From an uncultured Eubacterium sp. (lineage in GTDB: Bacteria > Bacillota > Clostridia > Oscillospirales > Acutalibacteraceae): a stretch of DNA of 64,000 bases. The translations under genes and the position numbers were made by a program. Positions 1 to 9,290 of the stretch are shown piece by piece. The stretch covers positions 39,458 to 103,457 of the forward strand of contig CAJOJV010000001.1 in NCBI GenBank assembly GCA_905234995.1. The letters are read 5' to 3'. The notes under the pieces were generated by a model. That model saw only the letters and a program-made list of their open reading frames with translations. It made no database searches and was not told the DNA's origin. Position 1 is the first letter of the stretch. The number at the start of each line of letters is the position of its first letter.

Positions 1-691
1 AGGGCCAGCTCTGAAGCCCTCTAATTTTATTGTGAATTTCAAACGCGGATTTATTCCAGTCAATCGGGCAAAGCGATTTGTCTATCATAGAAGCATAAGT
101 GCTCTCGCCGAGCTGCTTAACCGGAGTAAGCTCACCATTTTCAAGCATATCAAGCGCATTAACCAATGAAGCAGCTCCTATTGCGGAAAGCCGTTCAAAC
201 AGCTCCTCAGAGGTTTCGTTAATACCAATTTCGGTTTTTTCGCAAAGAAGAATATCGCCCGTGTCAAGCCCCTCGTCCATTTGCATAATGCAAACACCTG
301 TCTCGCTGTCGCCGTTAAGAACAGCCCACTGAATCGGAGCGGCACCCCTGTATTTCGGAAGCAGCGACGCGTGAACATTAATGCATCCGAAGCGCGGAAT
401 TTTCAGAATTTCCTTTGGCAGGATTTTTCCGTAAGCAACGACGATTATTACGTCAGGATTAAGGCTTTCAATTATATCAGCAGCATCGCTGTTTTTAAGC
501 GATTGAGGCTGATAAACAGGAATACCTTCAGCCTCTGCAGTATCCTTTACGGGCGGAGGGGTTATTATCTGCTTTCTGCCGACCTTTTTATCAGGTTGGG
601 TGAAAACAGCCAAAACCTCATTATTCGAGTTAATTAATGCTTCAAGTGAAGGCACGGCAAAATCAGGCGTGCCCATAAAAACTATCTTCAT
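1..691 (-). CDS. fmt: methionyl-tRNA formyltransferase (N-terminal ~230 aa; 3' end lies beyond window start)
   Basis: Absent from the ORF track because it runs off the window edge. The reverse complement from 691 reads ATG AAG ATA GTT TTT ATG GGC ACG CCT GAT TTT = MKIVFMGTPDFAVPSLEALI..., the canonical Fmt N-terminus. It lies directly downstream of def, the usual def-fmt order. Confidence 0.85.
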   Translation of the reverse strand, partial: MKIVFMGTPDFAVPSLEALINSNNEVLAVFTQPDKKVGRKQIITPPPVKDTAEAEGIPVYQPQSLKNSDAADIIESLNPDVIIVVAYGKILPKEILKIPRFGCINVHASLLPKYRGAAPIQWAVLNGDSETGVCIMQMDEGLDTGDILLCEKTEIGINETSEELFERLSAIGAASLVNALDMLENGELTPVKQLGESTYASMIDKSLCPIDWNKSAFEIHNKIRGLQSWP

Positions 692-711
692 AAAATCACC
701 TGATTATGTGG

Positions 712-1176
712 TTAGTTTTCAGTATCTTTGTTCGACTCGGGCGCAATATGAGAAGTAAACAGAACGCCGTCAAGATGGTCAAGCTCGTGGCAAAAGGCCC
801 TTGCCTTTAAATCCTCGCCCGTGAACACCTGCCACTTGCCGTTTCTGTCCTGAGCCTTAACCTGCACCTTCATCGGGCGGACGGTTACCTCATATCTTCC
901 GGGTAATGAAAGGCAGCCCTCCTGCTCTCTCTGCTCGCCCTCAGAAAGCGTTATTACAGGGTTAACAAGCTCCATCGGTCCTTCACCGATATCTATAACA
1001 ACAACGCGTCGAAGCACGCCGACCTGAACTGCTGCCAAGCCAACGCCGTTTGCGTTATACATAGTTTCGAGCATATCGTCAATAAGAACCGAAAGCTTTT
1101 CATCAAACTTTTCAACCGGGCGGCTTTTCTTGTTAAGAACAGGGTCGCCGATTTTAACAATATTTCTTAATGCCAT
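712..1176 (-). CDS. def: peptide deformylase
   Basis: Carries the three PDF motifs GVGLAAVQVG, EGCLS and HELDH. A GGGAGA Shine-Dalgarno sits 6 nt before the ATG at 1176 (MALRNIV...), so the track start at 1194 looks over-extended. Confidence 0.95.
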   Translation of the reverse strand: MALRNIVKIGDPVLNKKSRPVEKFDEKLSVLIDDMLETMYNANGVGLAAVQVGVLRRVVVIDIGEGPMELVNPVITLSEGEQREQEGCLSLPGRYEVTVRPMKVQVKAQDRNGKWQVFTGEDLKARAFCHELDHLDGVLFTSHIAPESNKDTEN

Positions 1177-1196
1177 TACTATTCTCCCAATCAATA

Positions 1197-3422
1197 TCAG
1201 CTGACATCAAAAGGATTAATATCTATTGATATTGAAACGTCTTTATATTCCTTGAGTTTACTAACTTTTTTGTACGCATCATTAAGCAGACTTCTGACAG
1301 AATGCGAATTATTCTTAGTTTTTATCAGAAGTTTATATCGGTAATTATTGCTGATTTTACCGATTTTCGCTTGCGAAGGACCAAGCACGATCAGCTTTTC
1401 ATCCGGATAATTATTCTTATTCAGCTCAACAAGTGCTTCAAAAAAGGCCTTTGCCGAAAGAGCAACGGTGTTCTCGTTATCACAGGTAAAGGATACTGCA
1501 AAAATATAGCAATACGGCGGATAAGTCAGAAGCCTTCTGTGCTCAATTTCATTTGCAAAAAAGCCTTTATAATCCTGCTTTGCTGCGAAACCGATAATTT
1601 CATTATAAGGATTAACAGTCTGAATAACAGCCCTTCCGCTATTGTCTCGCCTGCCGCTTCTGCCGACGACCTGTGTTATCAAATCAAATGAGCGCTCGGC
1701 AGCAAGATAGTTTTCATCATAAAGCGAATTATCTGCATTAACAACGCCAACGAGAGTTACATTCGGAAAATCAAGCCCCTTTGCAACCATCTGCGTACCG
1801 ATAAGAATATCGTAATCACCGCTCGCAAAAGCGTCAAAAAGCCTCTGATGGCTGAATTTTGCAGTAGTTGTATCCGCATCCATACGAAGCACTCTCGCCT
1901 GCGGAAGCAGTCTTGAAAGCTCATCCTCAACGCGCTGTGTGCCGTAACCGCTGTATCTGATACTGTTTTTACCGCACTCGGGGCAGATATTGTCAAGCGG
2001 CTTTGAAAACCCGCAATAGTGACACATCAGTCGGTTGTTATATGAATGATACGTCAGGCTAATGCTGCAATTCGGGCAGGTTATAACGTGCCCGCATTCA
2101 TTGCAGGCGATAAATGTGTTATAACCTCTGCGATTAATAAGCAAAATAGTTTGCTTCTTATCAGCAAGATTAGCGCTGATTAGCTCTTTAAGAAGCGCGG
2201 AAATCTGTGATTTATTTCCGTCTCGCTGCTCTTGTTTCATATCAACGGTAATTACTGACGGAAGCTGTGCATTACCGAATCTCTCATTAAGCTCGCAATA
2301 CTTATACTTGCCGCTTACAGCGGCAGAATAAGTTTCAACGCTCGGCGTTGCCGAAGCCATTAAGAACAGTGCATTATTATACTTACATCTGAAATTTGCA
2401 ACGTCTCTTGCGTGATAACGCGGAGTGCGCTCGCTCTTATAAGTGTGCTCCTGTTCCTCATCCATAACGATTAAGCCAAGGTTGTTAACAGGAGCAAAAA
2501 CAGCGCTTCTTGTGCCGATACAGATTCTGGCTTCACCGCGAGAAATGCGCTTATATTCATCGTTTCGCTCTCCAAGTGAAAGCCCGCTGTGAATTACTGC
2601 AACAAGATTGCCGTATCTCTCGTGAAAGAGATTTAAAAGCTGCGGCGTTAATGCAATTTCGGGAACGAGAACGATTACGCCCCTGTCCATATCAGTCGCT
2701 TTATCAATCAGGCTCATATAAACCTGCGTTTTGCCGGAGCCCGTTACTCCGTAAAGAAGCCCCGTTCCGCCGGCGTTATCGAGCATTTCTGCATAAGTAT
2801 TAAAAGCAGACTGCTGCTCGGAAGAAAGCTTGATTGCTCGCTTTTCAGAAACCTCAATAACGTTTTTAAACGGATTGCGGTAAACCTCTTTCTCATAGTA
2901 TTCGCAAACCTTGTAACGAACGAGATTATCAAGCACGCCCTTACCAACGGAACAGAATTCGCAAACTTCATTAACCTCAGCCGCACCGACATCAAAAAGC
3001 AGATTCAGCACCGTTTGCTGCTTTGGCGTAAGCTTAGGAATGACGGCGTCATCAATAAGCCTTATCATTTTGCTGCTTTTATCGCCGACCTTGTCAATTC
3101 CCCTCGGCAGCATCTGACGAAGGCAATCGTAGGTTGTACAAAAGCAGCGCTCCTTTAGCCATAAAGCAAGCTTTATCATTTCATCGGATAGCGGTGCGGC
3201 TTTAGAGTCGATTCTGCTGATTTCCTTTAAATCATTGTTGATTGCACTGAAAACATTAATAACGATTCCGTTGCGCAGAATATTGCCCCTGCCGAACGGC
3301 ACCTTAACTCGAACGCCGATTTTGATTTCACTTTCAAGCTCTGCCGGAACGTAATAATCATAATCGGAATCAGTATTAAAGAAGGTGTTTTCAACCGCAA
3401 CCGTTGCGATTTTTTTAGTCAT
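1197..3422 (-). CDS. priA: primosomal protein N' (replication restart helicase PriA)
   Basis: 741 aa with Walker A GVTGSGKTQVY and a DExx box MDEEQEH. Paired Cys zinc-binding clusters are present (CNECGH..CPNC and CHYCG..CPECG). The priA-def-fmt order is conserved. Confidence 0.95.
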   Translation of the reverse strand: MTKKIATVAVENTFFNTDSDYDYYVPAELESEIKIGVRVKVPFGRGNILRNGIVINVFSAINNDLKEISRIDSKAAPLSDEMIKLALWLKERCFCTTYDCLRQMLPRGIDKVGDKSSKMIRLIDDAVIPKLTPKQQTVLNLLFDVGAAEVNEVCEFCSVGKGVLDNLVRYKVCEYYEKEVYRNPFKNVIEVSEKRAIKLSSEQQSAFNTYAEMLDNAGGTGLLYGVTGSGKTQVYMSLIDKATDMDRGVIVLVPEIALTPQLLNLFHERYGNLVAVIHSGLSLGERNDEYKRISRGEARICIGTRSAVFAPVNNLGLIVMDEEQEHTYKSERTPRYHARDVANFRCKYNNALFLMASATPSVETYSAAVSGKYKYCELNERFGNAQLPSVITVDMKQEQRDGNKSQISALLKELISANLADKKQTILLINRRGYNTFIACNECGHVITCPNCSISLTYHSYNNRLMCHYCGFSKPLDNICPECGKNSIRYSGYGTQRVEDELSRLLPQARVLRMDADTTTAKFSHQRLFDAFASGDYDILIGTQMVAKGLDFPNVTLVGVVNADNSLYDENYLAAERSFDLITQVVGRSGRRDNSGRAVIQTVNPYNEIIGFAAKQDYKGFFANEIEHRRLLTYPPYCYIFAVSFTCDNENTVALSAKAFFEALVELNKNNYPDEKLIVLGPSQAKIGKISNNYRYKLLIKTKNNSHSVRSLLNDAYKKVSKLKEYKDVSISIDINPFDVS

Positions 3423-3633
3423 TATCTTTTGACTTGATTTCGTCAGGCTCAGTTACTACATATTTGCCGTCAATAATTTCATCCATTGCGGTTGAAACGC
3501 TTTTGACGTCAAGCAAAACGTCGTTCTTAACAGCCTCTTCCCTGATATCCCTTGCTCTTTTCGCGGTTGCAACAACGAGGCTGTATCTGCTGTTGCACTT
3601 ATCCAATACATTCTTTAAATCCGGATTAAACAT
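3415..3633 (-). CDS. rpoZ: DNA-directed RNA polymerase subunit omega
   Basis: 72 aa with the SRYSLVVATAKRARDI core typical of omega. gmk-rpoZ adjacency is conserved. An AAGGAG SD lies upstream, and the gene overlaps the priA start by 8 nt. Confidence 0.9.
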   Translation of the reverse strand: MFNPDLKNVLDKCNSRYSLVVATAKRARDIREEAVKNDVLLDVKSVSTAMDEIIDGKYVVTEPDEIKSKDND

Positions 3634-3662
3634 ATCATAATCTCCTTAAATTAATTTAAAAT

Positions 3663-4232
3663 TCAGTTTCTTTTCTGAAGCTCGGCTTCAAGAATTGAGT
3701 TTATATCATCAACGGCTTTTTCAAGCTCGTTGTTGAAAACAACGTAATCAAAATTTGAGGTATCCGCCATCTCCTCTTTAGCAATCTCAAGGCGGTTCTT
3801 AATCTGCTCGTCAGTATCGGTATTCCTCTTTTTCAGTCGCAGCTCAAGAATTTCAATGCTCGGCGGCATAAGGGAGATTGAAACAGCGTCGGGATAATTC
3901 TTCATAACCTTCTGAGCGCCCTTTCGCTCAATAATTAAAAAGCAGATTTTGCCGCTTTCAATTGCCTTTAGGGCGGGTCCTGCGGGAGTGCCGTAATAGC
4001 AGTCGTTATAGCAGGCGTATTCAAGAAATTCATTATTATCAATCATTTCCTGAAACTCCTCACGGGTTTTAAAATAGTAATTAACCCCGTGAATTTCACC
4101 CTTACGCGGATTTCGCGTTGTTGCGGATATTGATTCAACCAAATCATTCCTGAGCTTGCAAAGCTCCTGAAACACGGTATCCTTTCCAGTTCCGCTTGGT
4201 GCGGAAAGAATAACAAGCATTCCCTTATTCAT
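3663..4232 (-). CDS. gmk: guanylate kinase
   Basis: P-loop SAPSGTGKDT and guanylate-kinase body (GVNYYF, YYGTP). GGAGGTGG sits 6 nt upstream of the ATG at 4232 (MNKGMLVIL), so the track start at 4265 is probably too long. Overlaps the remA stop by 8 nt. Confidence 0.95.
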   Translation of the reverse strand: MNKGMLVILSAPSGTGKDTVFQELCKLRNDLVESISATTRNPRKGEIHGVNYYFKTREEFQEMIDNNEFLEYACYNDCYYGTPAGPALKAIESGKICFLIIERKGAQKVMKNYPDAVSISLMPPSIEILELRLKKRNTDTDEQIKNRLEIAKEEMADTSNFDYVVFNNELEKAVDDINSILEAELQKRN

Positions 4233-4476
4233 CAATATCCACCTCCGTGCCGAATTTATTAGCAATGCGCTTTAAATCAAGATATGAAAGCACAACGTTA
4301 TCGGAATCCATAATAATAATGCTCATCGTTTTTCTGCCGTGCGTGGCGTCAATAAGCGTGCCTGCAGACTTTGCTTCCTGCACGATTCTTTTGGCAGGCG
4401 CCGATTCAGGGCTTATAACAGAAATAACTCTGTCTGCATTAACCAAATTTCCAAAACCGATATTAACAAGTTCCAT
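4225..4476 (-). CDS. remA: RemA/DUF370 family small DNA-binding regulator
   Basis: 83 aa. MELVNIGFGNLVNADRVISVISPESAPAKRIV matches the RemA (YlzA) family, and its position between yicC and gmk matches Bacillus. Confidence 0.85.
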   Translation of the reverse strand: MELVNIGFGNLVNADRVISVISPESAPAKRIVQEAKSAGTLIDATHGRKTMSIIIMDSDNVVLSYLDLKRIANKFGTEVDIDE

Positions 4477-4487
4477 AGCTTTGCACC

Positions 4488-5366
4488 TTACTCGATATTC
4501 TGAATCTGCTCTCTGATTTTTTCAACCTCCGCCTTGATGTCAACAACGCGGCGTGCAATCTCAACGTCGGAGGCCTTAGAGCCGATTGTGTTAGCTTCAC
4601 GGTTAATTTCCTGAACGAGAAAATCCATTTTTCTGCCTATAGGCTCCTCGCTATCAAGGAAGCTGCGAAGCTGCTCTATGTGAGAGCGCAGACGGACGGT
4701 TTCCTCAGCAACGGCAACCTTATCGGCATATATTGCAACCTCCTGAATAATGCGGCTTTCATCAAGAGAAACGTCACCGATGAGCTCATGCACTCTTTCA
4801 ACGAGCTTGTCGTTATACTCCTTAACGGTTTCAGGTGAACGGGTTTCAATAAACAAAACGTTATCAAGAATCAAATCAGCTCTTGAAAGCACGTCAGCCT
4901 TAAGCTTATCACCCTCGCGTGAGCGCATTTCAATAAATTTATCAACTGCCTCGCAGGCAACCTCTTTAATATAGCCCCACAACTGCTCCTCGTCTTCATC
5001 AGCTTTTTTAACTACAAGCACGTCTGGATAACGGCTGATGGTTCCTGCGCCGTAATCAGATTTTAAACCGTAAGTTTCCTCAAGCTCGGCAAGGGCTTTG
5101 ACGTAAGCGCTTGCAAGCGTATTATTAACTACAACCTCGGCTGCCTCAGTGTTGAGTGCATCAATATTCAGATAGCAATCAACCTTTCCCCTTGAAACGC
5201 GGGAATTAATATAGGATTTAAGCTTTTCCTCTGCAAAACCGTATTGCCTCGGCAGACGGCAGTTAAACTCAAAATAGCGGTGATTTACGGATTTGATTTC
5301 AACGGAAATAACATAGCCGTTAACTTCCGCTGTGGCTCTGCCGAAGCCCGTCATCGATTTAATCAT
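4488..5366 (-). CDS. yicC: YicC family stress-induced protein (endoribonuclease YicC-like)
   Basis: 292 aa with N-terminal MTGFGRA and C-terminal DUF1732-like EINREANTIGSKA, a YicC family signature. Confidence 0.9.
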   Translation of the reverse strand: MIKSMTGFGRATAEVNGYVISVEIKSVNHRYFEFNCRLPRQYGFAEEKLKSYINSRVSRGKVDCYLNIDALNTEAAEVVVNNTLASAYVKALAELEETYGLKSDYGAGTISRYPDVLVVKKADEDEEQLWGYIKEVACEAVDKFIEMRSREGDKLKADVLSRADLILDNVLFIETRSPETVKEYNDKLVERVHELIGDVSLDESRIIQEVAIYADKVAVAEETVRLRSHIEQLRSFLDSEEPIGRKMDFLVQEINREANTIGSKASDVEIARRVVDIKAEVEKIREQIQNIE

Positions 5367-5430
5367 AATTCTTTCTCCAAAATATTATATTGGAAGAACT
5401 CTTAAACTCATTCAGTTCTTTCAAGCAAAT

Positions 5431-5459
5431 ATTATAATTTTATTAATAGCTCTGGTCAA
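5431..5459 (-). promoter_or_regulatory. sigma-A type promoter for the yicC-remA-gmk-rpoZ-priA-def-fmt run
   Basis: The minus strand reads TTGACC (5459..5454), a 17-nt spacer, then TATAAT (5436..5431). This lies about 65 nt upstream of the yicC ATG. Confidence 0.6.
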
Positions 5460-5539
5460 TGTTTTCTTAACAGTTTGTTTACAAATTTAATTTTTATTTT
5501 ACAATTTAAGGGCAATTCCTGCGAACTGCCCTTTATAAT

Positions 5540-6535
5540 TCAATATAAATCTGCAATAGCCTGCGCTTTTTCCTTAATATTCTCTGCAAGATACTGTGGT
5601 TCAAGCACTTTAATTTTATTTCCGAACTGCATAACCCAGGAAATAAAGCCGTCGCTGACTGCAGCGGCAATTTCCGTTTCAAAGTGATTTGAATCCACTG
5701 CGGTCAGAGGAGCCTTCTTACCGAAACGGTCAACAATCTGCTCCCTTAAATCAAGCTCGCACAGAAGCGTTACAGACTCAACCTTGCCGCTGAACATATT
5801 AAACATTTTAGATGAATAATCGGCGGCATTAAATATGTCAAAATATTCGCTGACCTCGCTTATATCACGAACAGGCTCATTAAGAATTTCAATCTTTCTT
5901 ATGCGGTCAAGCCTTAAATTCATCAGATTATCGTGCGAGCTCTTGTTGCAGACGAGATAATAATGGTCGTTTTTCCACAGCATAGCATACGGAGAAACAA
6001 CAAAGGTTTTGCTCGTGTATGATTTCTTGTTTTCCTTATCAATATTTCTTGTGCGGTAATTAAAGCATACCTGCCTACCTGAAGTAATGGCTTCATCAAG
6101 CTGGTCAATGATAATATATATCTGCTCGTTATCGCATTTATTAACGTCGTCACTGTAAACCTGCGATGTTATATCCTTAGCCTGTCCTTCCGAAAGCAGC
6201 GCCTTAAGCTTATTAATCAGCTCCTCGGATTTTTTAGGCGTGATAAAACCTGCGGACTCAACCGCGTCAATCAGCAGCCTTACCTCGGGAACCTGAAAGG
6301 TTCTTGAAGCAATAAAAAATCCGCGTTTTGGCGATGTTACCGACATTACGTCAACGCCGATTTGCTTAAGGGCAGATACGTCGCTGTATATACTTTTGCG
6401 CTCGCACGATATACCGTCCTCGGCAAGCATTGATATTAAATCCGTTGTTGAGAGCGGATTTTCCTCATCGGAATACTGATTAAGATATTTAAAGACCATC
6501 AGTGTTTTTAGCTTTGAAGCATTCATATTTTTCAC
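5540..6535 (-). CDS. HTH + WYL domain transcriptional regulator
   Basis: 331 aa. N-terminal winged-HTH-like segment (STTDLISMLAEDGISCERKSIYSDVSALKQIG), a central WYL-type segment (VSPYAMLWKNDHYYLVC) and a C-terminal extension. A GAGGTG SD is present. The start lies 15 nt downstream of the PBP stop. Confidence 0.75.
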   Translation of the reverse strand: MKNMNASKLKTLMVFKYLNQYSDEENPLSTTDLISMLAEDGISCERKSIYSDVSALKQIGVDVMSVTSPKRGFFIASRTFQVPEVRLLIDAVESAGFITPKKSEELINKLKALLSEGQAKDITSQVYSDDVNKCDNEQIYIIIDQLDEAITSGRQVCFNYRTRNIDKENKKSYTSKTFVVSPYAMLWKNDHYYLVCNKSSHDNLMNLRLDRIRKIEILNEPVRDISEVSEYFDIFNAADYSSKMFNMFSGKVESVTLLCELDLREQIVDRFGKKAPLTAVDSNHFETEIAAAVSDGFISWVMQFGNKIKVLEPQYLAENIKEKAQAIADLY

Positions 6536-6550
6536 CTCAGAGCAATTATA

Positions 6551-8023
6551 TCACATTTTGTCTATCTTTTCAACCAAAGACCTAAAAATCGGACAGCAGT
6601 CCCCCGCACCGCTTTTTCCGCCTTCAACAGTGACCACTATTGCATATTTTGGGTTATCATAAGGATATATTCCCGCAAACCATGTGTTTAGAATTTCCGT
6701 GCCGTCAACATATATTCCCGTTTGAGCAGTTGAGGTTTTACCGGCAGACTGCCCTGAATAATCAGCACTCTTACCCGTTCCGTTTTCAACAACTCCACGC
6801 ATATATTTCAGCATCGTTGCTGAAGTTGTTTCACTGATAATTCTTTCATGTTTGGACAGCTTACATTCGGCAACCCTTCCTTCACTGTCAACGTCTCCGA
6901 TTAAAATTACGGGAGCTATATATAAGCCACCGTTTGCTATCGCACACATTGCATTGCAAAACGCAAGCGGAGATGCGTTTAGCTTTCCCTGACCGAAGCC
7001 AAGAAGCGCAAGCTGCCCCTTTGATTTCAAATCCTGCTCATCAGGCAGATTTCCAGCACTGACCGAATAATTATCAAGCAAATTTAATTCGCTTCCGAAA
7101 CCGAAATCACGGGCAGTTTTTATAAGCTTTTCAGAACCGAGCTTAAGAGCAAGCTCAATAAAATAACAGTTACAGGAATTTTCAAGAGCTGTTTGCATAT
7201 TCTCATTTTTATGCCCCGTTTTGTTTTGACAGGAAAAGACGGTGTCACCGACAGTTACTTCACCGTTACAATAATATATCTGGTTAATTCCGTTTTCAAG
7301 TGCGCAGGCGGCAACAATCAGCTTGAATACGGAGCCCACTGCGCAGGGGGAAACGCAGCGGTTAATTCCGTCATTACCTGCAGAGGACATAGCAAGAATT
7401 CTGTTTGTATCAACGTCGCAAATTACAATAGAGCCCTTGTCTATTTTAGATATTTCACAATCTGCAATAGACTGTATTTTGCCGTCTATACTTAGCTGAA
7501 CTCCTGATTTACTGTTATAGTTTTCAGTATTGATAACGTCGTTGTCTCCACTCAGATATCTTCCCTTTGCATCCACTGCAAAGCTTATGCTTTTTTCGGC
7601 GATAATTTCGTCAGTATTAATAAACGGATTTAACGCGTTATTTGCGATTTCGCTGTCATACACTTCCAAAAGCTTTATATTTTTGCAGCTTGCGTAATGG
7701 CTGACCTCTTTGATAACCGGATAGCCCTTGGAAAGCTCATCAACGATGATTTTTCTTTCATTTGTATTGAACAGCAAATTCAGCTCGGAAAGGCATTTTT
7801 CATCCGGCTTTATAACTGCAACGAGCTTCGTTTTATTGTTGTTAAGCTTTTTCATATTGCAGTCGTATACGTTTTTATTGAGCTTATCAATCACAAGCTT
7901 ATAGCTATTATAGCCTGACGAAACCATATAATAGCCGCTGAAAATTATATATGATACCCTGCCGAGGCAGGAAGCAAGCATAAACGTGACGGAAAGAAGT
8001 ATTGACAAAACGCGTTTTTGCAT
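6551..8023 (-). CDS. class B penicillin-binding protein (transpeptidase), short form
   Basis: 490 aa with an N-terminal TM anchor. Motifs are SxxK (GSVFK) and SxN (ENSCN). The third motif reads KTS (AAA ACC TCA at 6739..6731) instead of KTG. Confidence 0.85.
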   Translation of the reverse strand: MQKRVLSILLSVTFMLASCLGRVSYIIFSGYYMVSSGYNSYKLVIDKLNKNVYDCNMKKLNNNKTKLVAVIKPDEKCLSELNLLFNTNERKIIVDELSKGYPVIKEVSHYASCKNIKLLEVYDSEIANNALNPFINTDEIIAEKSISFAVDAKGRYLSGDNDVINTENYNSKSGVQLSIDGKIQSIADCEISKIDKGSIVICDVDTNRILAMSSAGNDGINRCVSPCAVGSVFKLIVAACALENGINQIYYCNGEVTVGDTVFSCQNKTGHKNENMQTALENSCNCYFIELALKLGSEKLIKTARDFGFGSELNLLDNYSVSAGNLPDEQDLKSKGQLALLGFGQGKLNASPLAFCNAMCAIANGGLYIAPVILIGDVDSEGRVAECKLSKHERIISETTSATMLKYMRGVVENGTGKSADYSGQSAGKTSTAQTGIYVDGTEILNTWFAGIYPYDNPKYAIVVTVEGGKSGAGDCCPIFRSLVEKIDKM

Positions 8024-8057
8024 AAAAAAGCACCCCTGTGTATTATTAACAGGGGTG
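8024..8057 (-). terminator. rho-independent terminator after the U32 peptidase gene
   Basis: The minus strand reads CACCCCTGT-taataatac-ACAGGGGTG followed by CTTTTTT. The T-tract runs directly into the PBP ATG at 8023. Confidence 0.7.
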
Positions 8058-8063
8058 TTGCTT

Positions 8064-9287
8064 TTAATCCTTTTTTCTTCTTAATAGTGCGTCGGGTGAA
8101 ACGTTTAATTCACATTTGAAGGAATAAGTGTTAGTAGCTTTATTTGCAGCAGGAGCTTTTTCTCCGTCATCCTCGTTGAACAAATCCTCAACGATTATTT
8201 TATAGGGTTTTCTGAAAGGCTCAACTATTTCAAGCTCGTCGCCCTCAAAAAATCTGTTTCGCTGAGAAACGATTAGCCTGCCGTCCCTGCAGTCCTTATA
8301 TGCTGCGCAAACGTCCCAATTGCGCTTGTAGCCGCCGTAATCCTGCACCTGTCCCTTCTGAATAGGACCGAAATTGAAGCCGGTCGTGTATTCTCGGTGG
8401 CTGAGTTTATCTATTTCCTCTTTAATCCATTCAGGAAGCACGAAATCGTCGCTCGGATTTTTAAGATATTCGTCAATTGCGGCGCGGTATGCATAGGTAA
8501 CAATCGCGGTGTAATACTCGCTCTTTGCCCTGCCCTCAATTTTAAACGAGTCTATACCTGCACTAACAAGCTCGGGAATATGCTCAATCATACATAAATC
8601 ACGGGAATTAAAGATATAAGTGCCGTCAGCCTCCTCATTAATCGGGAAGAATTCACCGGGTCGTTTTTCCTCAACAAGATGATATTTCCATCTGCAGGGC
8701 TGAGCGCAATCGCCCCTGTTAGCATCCCTGCCAATCATATAATCCGAAAGGATACAACGTCCGCTGAAGCTCATACACATTGCACCGTGAACGAAAACCT
8801 CAATTTCAAGCTCCGGGTTTGTTTTATCACGGATTGTTTTAATTTCCTCAAGCGAAAGCTCTCTTGCAGTAACCACTCGGCTTGCGCCCATATCATAGTA
8901 AGCATTTGCAGCCTGGTAATTCACAACGCCTGCCTGAGTTGAAATATGAATATCAGTTTTTGGCGCATATTTCTTAGCAAGTGTGAGAACACCCATATCG
9001 GCAATAATTAAAGCGTCAACTCCTGCAGCCTCAGCCTTTTTCAGGAAATCAGGCAGCTGTGCTATTTCATTATTTCTCGGTAGCGTGTTGCAGGTTAAAT
9101 AAAGCTTTTTGCCGTTTTCATGAACGAAATCAACCGCCCTGACAAGCTCCTCGTCATTAAAATTAGAGGGATTGCTTCTCATACCGAAGCTGCTGCCGCC
9201 CACGTAAACGGCGTCCGCTCCGAATTTAACCGCATATTTTAATCTTTCATAATCACCTGCAGGTGAAAGCAATTCAATATTTCTCAT
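8064..9287 (-). CDS. peptidase U32 family protein
   Basis: 407 aa. The N-terminus MRNIELLSPAGDYERLKYAVKFGADAVYVGG and the overall layout are typical of U32 (collagenase-like) family proteins. Confidence 0.85.
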   Translation of the reverse strand: MRNIELLSPAGDYERLKYAVKFGADAVYVGGSSFGMRSNPSNFNDEELVRAVDFVHENGKKLYLTCNTLPRNNEIAQLPDFLKKAEAAGVDALIIADMGVLTLAKKYAPKTDIHISTQAGVVNYQAANAYYDMGASRVVTARELSLEEIKTIRDKTNPELEIEVFVHGAMCMSFSGRCILSDYMIGRDANRGDCAQPCRWKYHLVEEKRPGEFFPINEEADGTYIFNSRDLCMIEHIPELVSAGIDSFKIEGRAKSEYYTAIVTYAYRAAIDEYLKNPSDDFVLPEWIKEEIDKLSHREYTTGFNFGPIQKGQVQDYGGYKRNWDVCAAYKDCRDGRLIVSQRNRFFEGDELEIVEPFRKPYKIIVEDLFNEDDGEKAPAANKATNTYSFKCELNVSPDALLRRKKD

Positions 9288-9290
9288 AAA

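Noticed and set aside
5508-5533. Hairpin AAGGGCA-12 nt-TGCCCTT just after the WYL gene stop, as a possible terminator
   Set aside because: On the coding (minus) strand it is followed by AAATTGTAAAAT rather than a U-tract, and its loop is large. It may still stabilise the 3' end, but I do not call it an intrinsic terminator.
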